Positions 1 to 8,425 of a stretch of DNA of 64,000 nucleotides are shown here, piece after piece; position 1 is the first letter of the stretch; each line of letters begins with the position of its first letter. A program made the translations under genes and the position numbers. Source of the DNA: Thermus sp. (GTDB taxonomy: Bacteria; Deinococcota; Deinococci; Deinococcales; Thermaceae); contig NZ_JBAMMI010000085.1 of the NCBI RefSeq assembly GCF_039793865.1, positions 1,101 through 65,100 of the forward strand, read 5' to 3'. The notes beneath the pieces are model-generated. The model ran no database searches and was not told the DNA's origin. It worked only from the letters and a program-made list of their open reading frames with translations.

Positions 1-306
1 GACTTCCTCGCCCGGATGAAGGAGGGGGCCCTCCTGGTGAACGCGGGAAGAGGCGCTCTTGTGGACACGGAAGCCCTCCTGGAGGCCCTGGAGGCGGGGC
101 GGGTGCGGGCCTTCTTGGACGTCACCGACCCCGAGCCCCTTCCCCAGGGCCACCCCCTCTGGCGGGCCCAGGGGGCGGTGATCACCCCCCACGTGGCCGG
201 GCTTTCCGAGGGGTTTTCCCGCCGGGCGGCCCGCTTCCTCTCCGAGCAGGTGGGGCGGTACCTCCGGGGGGAGCCCCTCCTCAACGTGGTGCGGGAGGGG
301 TATTAG
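1..306 (+). CDS. D-isomer-specific 2-hydroxyacid dehydrogenase family protein, C-terminal fragment (5' end upstream of window)
   Basis: The frame is open from nt 1 to TAG 304-306. LVNAGRGALVD, FLDVTDPEP and ITPHVAG are the NAD-binding and catalytic-His motifs of this family. GC3 is high. Confidence 0.85.
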   Translation, partial: DFLARMKEGALLVNAGRGALVDTEALLEALEAGRVRAFLDVTDPEPLPQGHPLWRAQGAVITPHVAGLSEGFSRRAARFLSEQVGRYLRGEPLLNVVREGY

Positions 307-307
307 G

Positions 308-517
308 GTGGAAGTCATCCTTCACGGCGACCTCCGCCGCTTCGGCGAGCGGTTCCAGGTGGAGGCCAGGACCCCGAGGGAGGCCCTAAAGAAGCTGGGG
401 ATCCCCCTGGAGGAGGCCTGGCTCCTCGCCGTGGGGGACAAGGCGGTGGGCCTGGACGAGGAGGTGGAGGGCCCCCTCGAGGTCTACCCCCCCATCGCCG
501 GGGGGTGGTATACTTGA
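308..517 (+). CDS. ThiS/MoaD-type beta-grasp ubiquitin-like small protein, C-terminus ...YPPIAGG-WYT
   Basis: 69-aa ORF with a GTG start 1 nt after the upstream stop. The layout (MxVxLxG ... EVYPPIAGG) is typical of ThiS/MoaD sulfur carriers. Three extra residues follow the Gly-Gly. Confidence 0.6.
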   Translation: MEVILHGDLRRFGERFQVEARTPREALKKLGIPLEEAWLLAVGDKAVGLDEEVEGPLEVYPPIAGGWYT

Positions 518-592
518 GGTCCTGCCGCAAGGGGCAGGGGGCGCCAAAGGGGGGGAGCCGCCCAACGCCCACCCCGCGTGGAAAGGAGAAGC

Positions 593-1615
593 GTGCAGAA
601 GAAGGACCTCCTCTCTACGCCCGTGGAGCCCATAGACATCAAGGCCTTTGACGCCGGGCCCATCCTCGAGGCCATGGGCAAGACGGCCTTCCAGGCCAGG
701 AACCTCCACCGGGCGGCGGAGATCTACCTGGAGATGCTCCAGGACGACTGCGCCGTCATCCTCACCCTGGCGGGGAGCCTGGTCTCCGCGGGCCAGGGCC
801 TGATCGTCCACGACCTCATCCGGAAGGGCCTGGTGGACGTCGTCGTGGCCACCGGGGCCAACATCGTGGACCAGGACTTCTTTGAGGCCTTGGGCCACCG
901 CCACTACCAGGGGGACCCGAAGGCCGACGACGAGGCCCTAAGGCGGCTTTGGATTGACCGCATTTACGACACCTACATTGACGAGGAGGAGCTGAGGCAC
1001 ACCGACTACACCGTGGCCGAGATCGCCGAGGGCCTAAAGCCCCGCCCCTACTCCAGCCGGGAGTTCCTCTGGCACATGGGCCGCTACCTGGCGGAGCGGG
1101 GCCTGGGGGAGAGGAGCATCGTGCGGGCGGCCTACGAGGAGGGGGTGCCCATCTTCGTCCCCGCCTTCTCCGACTCCTCCGCGGGCTTTGGCCTCGTCTA
1201 CCACCAGGTGAAGCGCCCCGAGGCCCACGTGACCATAGACTCCGTGGCCGACTTCCGCGAGCTCACCGAGATCAAGCTGAAGGCCGGGACCACGGGGCTC
1301 GTGATGCTCGGGGGCGGGGTGCCCAAGAACTTCGCCCAGGACATCGTGGTGGCCGCCGAGGTCTTGGGCCACCGGGTGGAGATGCACAAGTACGCCATCC
1401 AGATCACCGTGGCCGACGAGCGGGACGGGGGGCTTTCCGGCTCCACCCTCTCCGAGGCGCAAAGCTGGGGCAAGGTGGACGCCCGCCTCTCCCAGATGGT
1501 CTTCGCCGAGGCCACCCTGGCCTTCCCCCTCCTTGCCTCCTACATTTGGCACCGCGCCCCCGCGCGGGCCAAGCGCCGCTACGCCGATCTCTTCCTGAGG
1601 GAGGTTCCGGCTTAG
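593..1615 (+). CDS. Deoxyhypusine synthase-like (homospermidine synthase-like) protein
   Basis: The track ORF is 578-1615. Family-typical blocks are present: ILTLAGSLVSAGQG, VVATGANIVDQD, GGGVPKNF, QITVADERDGGLSG. GTG 593 is preceded by the GGAAAGGAG Shine-Dalgarno and is preferred over GTG 578. Confidence 0.85.
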   Translation: MQKKDLLSTPVEPIDIKAFDAGPILEAMGKTAFQARNLHRAAEIYLEMLQDDCAVILTLAGSLVSAGQGLIVHDLIRKGLVDVVVATGANIVDQDFFEALGHRHYQGDPKADDEALRRLWIDRIYDTYIDEEELRHTDYTVAEIAEGLKPRPYSSREFLWHMGRYLAERGLGERSIVRAAYEEGVPIFVPAFSDSSAGFGLVYHQVKRPEAHVTIDSVADFRELTEIKLKAGTTGLVMLGGGVPKNFAQDIVVAAEVLGHRVEMHKYAIQITVADERDGGLSGSTLSEAQSWGKVDARLSQMVFAEATLAFPLLASYIWHRAPARAKRRYADLFLREVPA

Positions 1616-1626
1616 GCCATCGGGCG

Positions 1627-1659
1627 GGCGGGGGGCGCTTTACCGCCCCCCGCCTTTTT
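1627..1659 (+). terminator. Rho-independent terminator after the DHS-like gene
   Basis: GGCGGGGGGCG (1627-1637) pairs perfectly with CGCCCCCCGCC (1644-1654) around a 6-nt loop. TTTTT follows at 1655-1659, 12 nt after the stop codon. Confidence 0.8.
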
Positions 1660-1675
1660 GGTAGACTCCCGGCAA

Positions 1676-4432
1676 ATGCCCGAGGAGCTCAGGCTTTTCC
1701 TGAAGGAGCGCTTCGGCGTCCAGGGGCCCCTTCCCCCCGGGCGCTTTGAGGCCGAGCTCGCCAAGCAGCTGGGAAGCCCGGCCAAGCGGGCCCCCCTCCT
1801 CAAGGCCTGGCGGGCCTACCTGGGGGGTGGGGGGCGGGAGGCGGTGCGAAGTTTCTACCGGGAGGTCCTCAAGGTCCCCAAGGGGGAGGCCCTGGTCTAC
1901 GGGATGCACCTCCCCTTCCTGGAGTTCTACGCCAAGGAGGTGCCCTCCCGGGTGGAGGGGCGGGTCCTGGAGGTGGGGCCTTTCACCGGGGCCCTGGTGG
2001 GCTTCCTGCAAAGGCAGCGCCCCGACCTGGAGTGGCACGCCCTGGAGGGGGTGGAGGAGGCGGTGGAGGTGGGCAGGAAGAGGGTGCCGGAGGTGGCCTG
2101 GCACCTGGGCTGGGCGGAGGAGGCCGAGCTTCCCCCCTTTGACACCCTGCTTCTCCTCTCGGTCTTTCCCGAGGGGCTCGTGGACCAGGACCTGGAAGGC
2201 CGCCTGGCTCCGGAGGCCTTCTGGAAGCGCTTCGCCTTCTTTGAGCGCCTGCCCCTCTTCCTCCGCCTCCTCCGCCCGGGGGGGCTTCTCGTCTACGGCC
2301 ACGGGCCCTTTTTGGGCAAGAGCCCGGAAGGGGTGGAGGAGGGGCTCAGGCGCCTAGGTTTCGCCGAGGTGGAGCGGGTGGGGGAGGGGGAGTACTTCCT
2401 CGTCCTCGCCCGGAGGCCCGAGGCCCTGGCGGAGGCCTTCGTGGGGGAGGCCTTGGAGGAGCCTTGGGAGGAGCCCGAGCCCGTTTTGGCGCGGGGGGTG
2501 GACCTCGAGGAGGTGCGGACCCTTTTGGAGGCGGGCAACCACAAGGAGGTCCTGGCCCGCCTGCCCGAGGAGGCGGCGGGGGAGGCGGCCTACCTCCGGG
2601 GCCGGGCCCTCTTGGCCCTCTCCCGCTACGCCGAGGCGGAGGAGGCCTTAAGGCGGGCCCTCTCCGAGGAGGCGGAGGACCTTAGGGCCTTGGTCCTCGT
2701 GGAGCTCGGGGAGTACGAGAGGGCGAGGAGCCGCCTCGAGGCCCTGGCGGTGCGGGGCGGGCGGTACCGCCTGGCCCTGGGCCGGGTCTACCTGGCCCAG
2801 GGGCGGTACGCCGACGCCCTCCGGCAGTTCGTGGAGTCGGGGCTCCTCGAGGCCGAGGTCTACATCCAAGAGGCCCTGGAGCGCATCACCGACAGGATGC
2901 GCCGCTACGCCCGGGAGGGGGAGTGGACCGAGGTGAGCCGTCGGGCGGAGTTCGTGGAGGACCTCTCCCCGGGCCTCCTCACCCGGGAGATGCTTCGGCT
3001 TGGCCTAAGAGCGGCCCTTTTCCAAGGGCTCTTCGCCCGTGCCGAGCGCTACGCCAGGAGGCTCGCCGATTGGGACGAGGCCGAGGGGTTCTTGGGATTG
3101 GCCCTGAGCGCCCTCCGCCTCCGCACCCCCCTGGACTACCGGGGAGAGGACCTGAAGGCCGTGGAGCCCTACCTCACCGAGACCCTGAGCCGGGCGGAGA
3201 TCCCCGAGGCCTCCTTGCTCCTCGGCATCCTCCGTCAGCGGGAAGGGCGCATGGCCGAGGGCCTTTACCTTCTGGAGCAGGCGGCCCGCCACGGGGAAGG
3301 GGAGGTGGCGGGGATGGCCTTCCACCACCTGGCCGAGGTAAAGCGGGCCCTAGGTCGCCCTCTTCGGGAGGTCCTTGGAGACCACAAGCGGGCCCACGCC
3401 CTAAGGGCCTACCCCGCCCCCTACCTCTTCCGCCTGGCCCGGGAGGCCCTGGAGGGGGGGGAGGAGGTGCTCGCCCGGGAGCTCCTTTCCCGGGCCCGGG
3501 ACGCCGGGCTCGAGGCCGTGGCCGAGGAGGACCTCCTGGGACTCCTGCACCTTCTGGAGAGGCTGGAGGGGCCTTGGGCCGCCTTCAGCGTCCTCTACCA
3601 GGCCCTAAGCCACACGCCGCAGCCGCCCCTGGAGCTTCTGGCCTTGGCCTACCGGCTCTCCCGGGCCTTCCGGGAAAGCCCCGAGGCCGAGACGGCGCGG
3701 GGGCAGTACCTGGCCGCCCTCTACGGGGCGGGGAGGGCGGAGGAAGCGGAGGCCCTTCTCCTTTCCGAGCTCAAGGAGCACCCCCAGGCCCTGGAGGTCC
3801 TCTTTGACCTGGCCGAGCACCACGAGGCCCAGGGGGACTGGCGCCGGGCGGCGGAGTACTGGCAGAAGGCCCTGGAGGTGGCCCTTTACCGGGAGAAGGA
3901 CCTGGCCCTGGCCCGGGAGATCCTTAGGAACCTCCTCTTCCTCAAGCCCCACGACGAGAGCCTGGCCCTCTACCTGGAGGAGCTTAAGGCGGTGGGGAAG
4001 GGCTTGAAGGCCCTGGGAGAGGAGGCGCCCCCCTTGCCCGAATCGCCCGGAAAACTCCTGGAGGAGGACCTCCCGAGGTTCCACGGGGAGCACCTCCTGG
4101 TGGTGGGGGGGCACACCCAGCTCCGTAGCCGCCTCGTTCCCTTTTTGGAGGCCCGGGGCCTCAAGGTGGACTGGTACGACGCCGACAGCGCCGGGGTGGG
4201 AAAGGAGGCCCTGAGGCGCATCCTGAGCCGCCTGGAGAAGGCCCACGGCCTCATGATCGTCTCCAGCTACGTGGGCCACGACCTCTCCGAGCCCGTGCGC
4301 CTCGAGGCCGAGCGCCTGGGGGTGCCGGTGCACGTCATCCCGGGCCGGGCCCGGGGGGCCACGGGGTTCTTGAGGGCCCTCAAGGCCTTCGCCCCGGAGG
4401 TCTTCAAGAAGGCCCTCAAAGGGGTACAGTAG
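1676..4432 (+). CDS. Large multidomain protein: N-terminal class I SAM-methyltransferase-like fold, central TPR-like helical repeats, C-terminal DUF2325-like domain
   Basis: The track ORF is 1658-4432. ATG 1676 lies 8 nt after a TAGACT -10-like box at 1662-1667. RVLEVGPFTG and LLRPGGLLVYG resemble MTase motifs I and post-I. The middle is a long Ala/Leu/Glu/Arg-rich repeat region. The C-terminus (LLVVGGHTQLRSRL...GLMIVSSYVGHDLS...VPVHVIPG) resembles DUF2325. Confidence 0.7.
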   Translation: MPEELRLFLKERFGVQGPLPPGRFEAELAKQLGSPAKRAPLLKAWRAYLGGGGREAVRSFYREVLKVPKGEALVYGMHLPFLEFYAKEVPSRVEGRVLEVGPFTGALVGFLQRQRPDLEWHALEGVEEAVEVGRKRVPEVAWHLGWAEEAELPPFDTLLLLSVFPEGLVDQDLEGRLAPEAFWKRFAFFERLPLFLRLLRPGGLLVYGHGPFLGKSPEGVEEGLRRLGFAEVERVGEGEYFLVLARRPEALAEAFVGEALEEPWEEPEPVLARGVDLEEVRTLLEAGNHKEVLARLPEEAAGEAAYLRGRALLALSRYAEAEEALRRALSEEAEDLRALVLVELGEYERARSRLEALAVRGGRYRLALGRVYLAQGRYADALRQFVESGLLEAEVYIQEALERITDRMRRYAREGEWTEVSRRAEFVEDLSPGLLTREMLRLGLRAALFQGLFARAERYARRLADWDEAEGFLGLALSALRLRTPLDYRGEDLKAVEPYLTETLSRAEIPEASLLLGILRQREGRMAEGLYLLEQAARHGEGEVAGMAFHHLAEVKRALGRPLREVLGDHKRAHALRAYPAPYLFRLAREALEGGEEVLARELLSRARDAGLEAVAEEDLLGLLHLLERLEGPWAAFSVLYQALSHTPQPPLELLALAYRLSRAFRESPEAETARGQYLAALYGAGRAEEAEALLLSELKEHPQALEVLFDLAEHHEAQGDWRRAAEYWQKALEVALYREKDLALAREILRNLLFLKPHDESLALYLEELKAVGKGLKALGEEAPPLPESPGKLLEEDLPRFHGEHLLVVGGHTQLRSRLVPFLEARGLKVDWYDADSAGVGKEALRRILSRLEKAHGLMIVSSYVGHDLSEPVRLEAERLGVPVHVIPGRARGATGFLRALKAFAPEVFKKALKGVQ

Positions 4433-4437
4433 GGGCT

Positions 4438-5256
4438 ATGGAGGCCTTGGCCCTTGGCTACTCTCCCTGCCCCAACGACACCTTCATCTTCTACGCCCTG
4501 GCCCACGGCCGGGTGGAAAGCCCCGTTCCCTTGGAGCCCGTCCTGGAGGACGTGGAGACCCTGAACCGCTGGGCCCTGGAGGGGAGGCTTCCCCTCACCA
4601 AGCTCTCCTACGCCGCCTACGGCCGGGTGCGGGACCGGTACGTGGCCCTAAGGAGCGGGGGGGCCTTGGGGAGGGGGGTGGGGCCCCTCCTCGTGGCCAG
4701 GCGCCCCCTCCCCCGCCTCGAGGGGGCCCGGGTGGCCATTCCGGGGCGGAACACCACCGCCTTCTTGCTCCTCTCCCTCTACGCCCAGGGCTTCCACCCC
4801 GTGGAGGTGCGCTACGACCAGATTCTCCCCCTGGTGGCCCAGGGAGAGGTGGAGGCGGGCCTCATCATCCACGAAAGCCGCTTCACCTATCCAAAGTACG
4901 GCCTCGCCAAAGTGGTGGACCTGGGGGAGTGGTGGGAGGAAGAGACCGGCCTACCCCTGCCCCTCGGGGCCATCCTGGCCCGGCGGGACCTGGGGGAGGG
5001 GCTCATCCTTGAGCTGGACCGGGCGGTGCGCCGGAGCCTGGAGTACGCCCTGGCCCACCCCGAGGAGGCCCTGGACTACATGAAGGCCCACGCGAAGGAG
5101 CTTTCCGAGGAGGTCATCTGGGCCCACGTGCGCACCTACGTGAACGGCTTCAGCCTGGACGTGGGAGAGGAGGGGGAGCGGGCCGTGGCGCGCCTCTTCG
5201 CCGAGGCCGAGGCCCGGGGGCTCGTTCCCCCTTCGGCCGCCCCCCTTTTTCTGTAG
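4438..5256 (+). CDS. mqnD: 1,4-dihydroxy-6-naphthoate synthase (futalosine pathway of menaquinone synthesis)
   Basis: The N-terminus LGYSPCPNDTFIFYAL and overall length match the MqnD/VitK2_biosynth family. The T. thermophilus MqnD is a characterised member. Confidence 0.85.
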   Translation: MEALALGYSPCPNDTFIFYALAHGRVESPVPLEPVLEDVETLNRWALEGRLPLTKLSYAAYGRVRDRYVALRSGGALGRGVGPLLVARRPLPRLEGARVAIPGRNTTAFLLLSLYAQGFHPVEVRYDQILPLVAQGEVEAGLIIHESRFTYPKYGLAKVVDLGEWWEEETGLPLPLGAILARRDLGEGLILELDRAVRRSLEYALAHPEEALDYMKAHAKELSEEVIWAHVRTYVNGFSLDVGEEGERAVARLFAEAEARGLVPPSAAPLFL

Positions 5257-5259
5257 ACC

Positions 5260-5883
5260 ATGCTCCAGGGGCTACCTCCCGAGGCGCGCAAGGAGGCCGC
5301 CGGGGTCTTCCAGCCCCTCAGGGTGCGCCGGGGGGCCCTTCTCTACGCCGAGGGGGACCGGGCCGATGGCCTCTACCTGGTGCGGGAAGGCCTCCTGTTG
5401 CTGGAGCGCTTGGGCCCCGCCGAGGAGCCCGCCACCTTGGGGGTGGTGGGCCCGGGGGAGCTTTTGGGGGAGGAGGCCCTGGTGGGGGAGGACAGGCGGC
5501 GCGCCGGGGCCGTGGCCCTCACCTACGGCGAGCTCCTCTTCGCCCCCAAGGACCGGCTTGACCCCCTTTTGGCCCGCTTTCCCCAGGTGGGGGCCTGGCT
5601 CCTCGAGGCCCTCTACCGCCGCCTGCGAGCGGCGGAGGAGAGGCTTTGGGAGGTGCGCCACCTCTCCGTGGCCCAGCGCCTGGCCCGGTTCCTCCTCCGC
5701 CTGGGGCGGGAGGGGGAGGTGGTCCTCTCCCACCAGGACCTGGCCCGCATGGTGGGGGCCACCCGGGAAACCGTGACCAAGCTCCTGGGGGAGTGGGCCC
5801 TGGAGGGCTGGGTGGAGCTGGGCTACCGCCGGGTGGAGGTCCTGGACCCCAAGGCCCTTGCCCGCCTGGCGGAGGCGCTTTAG
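5260..5883 (+). CDS. CRP/FNR family transcriptional regulator
   Basis: A cNMP-binding beta-roll (LYLVREGLLLLE ... GELLGEEAL) is followed by a C-terminal HTH (SHQDLARMVGATRETVTKLL). Confidence 0.9.
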   Translation: MLQGLPPEARKEAAGVFQPLRVRRGALLYAEGDRADGLYLVREGLLLLERLGPAEEPATLGVVGPGELLGEEALVGEDRRRAGAVALTYGELLFAPKDRLDPLLARFPQVGAWLLEALYRRLRAAEERLWEVRHLSVAQRLARFLLRLGREGEVVLSHQDLARMVGATRETVTKLLGEWALEGWVELGYRRVEVLDPKALARLAEAL

Positions 5884-5893
5884 GCTCTAAAGC

Positions 5894-7348
5894 ATGGAGC
5901 CCGCCCTGCTGGCCCGCCTTTTGAACCTGCCCCAAGGGGAGGAGGCCCTAAGGTCCCGCCTGGGCCGAAAGGGCCACCCCAGGCTTGGGGAGGCCCTTGG
6001 GGCCTACCTTGAGCGCCTTCAGGCCCCGGAGGAAGCCTTCAGGGCCCTGAAGCGCCTCGAGGCGGGGGCGGTGGTCACCGGCCAGCAGGCGGGGCTTCTC
6101 GGGGGGCCCGCCCTCACCTTCTACAAGGCCCACACCGCCTTGGGCCTGGCGGAGCGGGTAGGGGCGGCCGGGGTCTTTTGGGTGGCCTCCCAGGACCACG
6201 ACGTGGAGGAGGTGCGCCACCTCCACCTCCTCGTGGACGGGGAGGTGCGCACCCTCTCCCTTCCCTTCCCCCCCCTGCCCGCGGGGCGCCTTTCCCTGGA
6301 GCCTCACCGCAAGGCCATCGCCGACTTCCTCGGCCCTTGGGCGAAGGACCCCCGCCTGGTCTACGCCCTGGAGGCGGGAACGCTTTCCGAGTTCTTCGCC
6401 CGGGTCCTCCTGGCCTTTTTTGGGGAGCGGGGGCTCCTCCCTTTTGACCCCATGGCCGAGGAGCTCGCCCCCCTCTTCCAGGAGGCCCTGGAGCGGGAGC
6501 TGGAGGACCCCTTGGGGAGCGCCGAGGCCATCAACCGGGAGGCGGAAAGGGTCCGGGGCCTTGGGGGGAAGGCCCCTCTTCGGCGCAAGCCCGGGGCCGC
6601 CAACCTCTTCCTGGAAACAGACCAAAGACGCCTCCTCTTCTACGAGGGCGGGGCCTTCACCGACGGGGTGCGGCGCTACACCCAGAGGGAGCTCCGGGAG
6701 ATCGCCCGCGCCGACCCCTCCCGCCTCACCCCGGCGGCGGGTCTGAGGCCCGTGTTTCAGGACCTGGTCCTCCCCACGGCGGGCTTCGTGGTGGGGCCCA
6801 ACGAGTTCCGCTACGTGGCGGAGCTTTCCGGGGTCTACGCCCTCTACGGCCTTACCATGCCCGCCCTCTTCCTGAGGGTGCAGGGGGTGGTGCTGGAGCC
6901 CCCCATCCTTCGCATCCTAAAGCGGTACCGCCTGGACCCCTGGGCCTTCGTGGAGCGGGGAGAGGGGGCCTTCCTCGAGGCCCTCCGGGAGGACCTGGAG
7001 GGCTTCCGGCAGGTGGAGGAGGGGCTCGCCCGGCTCCTGGAAGAGGCCCAGGCCCTGGCGGAGCGGGCCCGGGCCCTGGAGCCCACCCTGGAGCGCCCCT
7101 TCCGCCGCTTCCGGGCGAGGCTTCAGGGGGAGGGGGAGCGGCTTCTTCGGAAGGTGCTCCGCGCCCGGCTTTCCCGGGATGCGGTGTTTTTCCACCACCT
7201 GGAGCGCTTAAGGCGCCACCTCCTTCCCCTGGGGCTTCCCCAGGAGCGCGTTTTCCCCTACGCCATGTACGCCTTGCGCCACCAAGACGCTTTGCGGAGC
7301 CTGGAAGAGGCGCCCTTAGAGGGGCGGGCGGTGCTGGTCCTGGGGTAG
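5894..7348 (+). CDS. bshC: BshC-family protein (putative bacillithiol cysteine-adding enzyme)
   Basis: The signature VVTGQQAGLLGGPALTFYKA, the 484-aa length and a coiled C-terminal region are typical of BshC/YllA. Confidence 0.75.
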   Translation: MEPALLARLLNLPQGEEALRSRLGRKGHPRLGEALGAYLERLQAPEEAFRALKRLEAGAVVTGQQAGLLGGPALTFYKAHTALGLAERVGAAGVFWVASQDHDVEEVRHLHLLVDGEVRTLSLPFPPLPAGRLSLEPHRKAIADFLGPWAKDPRLVYALEAGTLSEFFARVLLAFFGERGLLPFDPMAEELAPLFQEALERELEDPLGSAEAINREAERVRGLGGKAPLRRKPGAANLFLETDQRRLLFYEGGAFTDGVRRYTQRELREIARADPSRLTPAAGLRPVFQDLVLPTAGFVVGPNEFRYVAELSGVYALYGLTMPALFLRVQGVVLEPPILRILKRYRLDPWAFVERGEGAFLEALREDLEGFRQVEEGLARLLEEAQALAERARALEPTLERPFRRFRARLQGEGERLLRKVLRARLSRDAVFFHHLERLRRHLLPLGLPQERVFPYAMYALRHQDALRSLEEAPLEGRAVLVLG

Positions 7349-7360
7349 GATGGAAGGCCG

Positions 7361-8422
7361 ATGCGCGGCTTTTTCCGGCTTTTCCTCCTTCTCCTCGCCC
7401 TCTTTTCCGGGCGGGGCCAGGGGCAGGACCTATGGCTTCGGGTCCTCCTCCGGGAGGCGCCCTTGGGCCAGGAGGTGGTCCTCAGGCTCCCCGAGGGGAA
7501 GGTGCGGGCCTGGGCCACGCCCCAGGGGGTGGCGGTGGAGGGAAGGGTCTACCCCTTCCTTGACCTTCCCGCCCCCTATTTCGTCCTGGGAGGCCGGGTC
7601 TACCGGGGCGGGGTGCGCCTCCTCGCCCGGGGGAGGAAGCTTCTCGTGGTGAACCTCGTTTCCCTGGAGGACTACCTCCTCGGGGTCCTGCCGGGGGAGA
7701 TGCCCGAGGGCTTTCCCCTGGAGGCCCTGAAGGCCCAGGCGGTGGTGGCCCGCACCTTCGCCGTAAGCCGCCTGAACCCCAAGGCCCCTTACGACCTCTG
7801 CGCGGACGAGCGCTGCCAGGTCTACCTGGGCTTTTCCGCCGAAAAGGAACGGTACCGGGCGGCGGTGGCGGCCACCCGGGGCCAGGTCCTGAGCTACGGG
7901 GGAAGGGCCATCTCCGCCCTCTATCACGCCGACTCCGGGGGGATGACGGCGGGAAACGAGGAGGTCTTCGGCCAGGCCCTGCCCTACCTCCGCCCCCGCC
8001 CCGACCCCTACGCCAAGGGCCCCAAAAGCCTTTGGCGGATGCGGGTGGAAAAGGCCCGAGCGGCCAAGGTGCTCCGGGCTCTGGGGTTCCGTCCGGCGGG
8101 GGAAGACCCTCCCCGGGTTCTGGAGCGAAGCCCCTCGGGCCGGGTGTGGCGGGTGCGGCTTCTGGGGGTGGAGCTTCGGGGCCTCGAGGCGGGCCGCTTC
8201 CTGCGCCTTCTGGGGCTTCCCTCTACCCTGGTGGAGTTCCAAGGCTTTGAGGCGTTGGGCCGGGGGCTGGGGCACGGGGTGGGACTTTCCCAGTGGGGGG
8301 CCAAGGGCATGGCCGAGGCGGGGTACGGCCACCGGGAGATCCTGGGACACTACTTCCCCGGCACCTTTCTTTCGGACCTTCTCCTAGGGGGGCTTCCGGG
8401 TCCGGCCTTGGCCCTTCGCTAG
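7361..8422 (+). CDS. SpoIID/LytB-domain protein (peptidoglycan lytic transglycosylase-like), secreted
   Basis: A signal-like N-terminus is present. LEDYLLGVLPGEMP, EALKAQAVVARTFA, HADSGG and the GHGVGLSQWGA blocks are characteristic of SpoIID. Confidence 0.85.
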   Translation: MRGFFRLFLLLLALFSGRGQGQDLWLRVLLREAPLGQEVVLRLPEGKVRAWATPQGVAVEGRVYPFLDLPAPYFVLGGRVYRGGVRLLARGRKLLVVNLVSLEDYLLGVLPGEMPEGFPLEALKAQAVVARTFAVSRLNPKAPYDLCADERCQVYLGFSAEKERYRAAVAATRGQVLSYGGRAISALYHADSGGMTAGNEEVFGQALPYLRPRPDPYAKGPKSLWRMRVEKARAAKVLRALGFRPAGEDPPRVLERSPSGRVWRVRLLGVELRGLEAGRFLRLLGLPSTLVEFQGFEALGRGLGHGVGLSQWGAKGMAEAGYGHREILGHYFPGTFLSDLLLGGLPGPALALR

Positions 8423-8425
8423 GCC

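Noticed and set aside
5260-5883. Linking the CRP/FNR regulator to the palindrome at 47682-47708 or to other dyads in the window.
   Set aside because: The half-sites (TTGACACTC / GTGTCA) do not match the TGTGA-N6-TCACA type expected for CRP-family proteins. I found no convincing CRP-type site by eye near the neighbouring genes.
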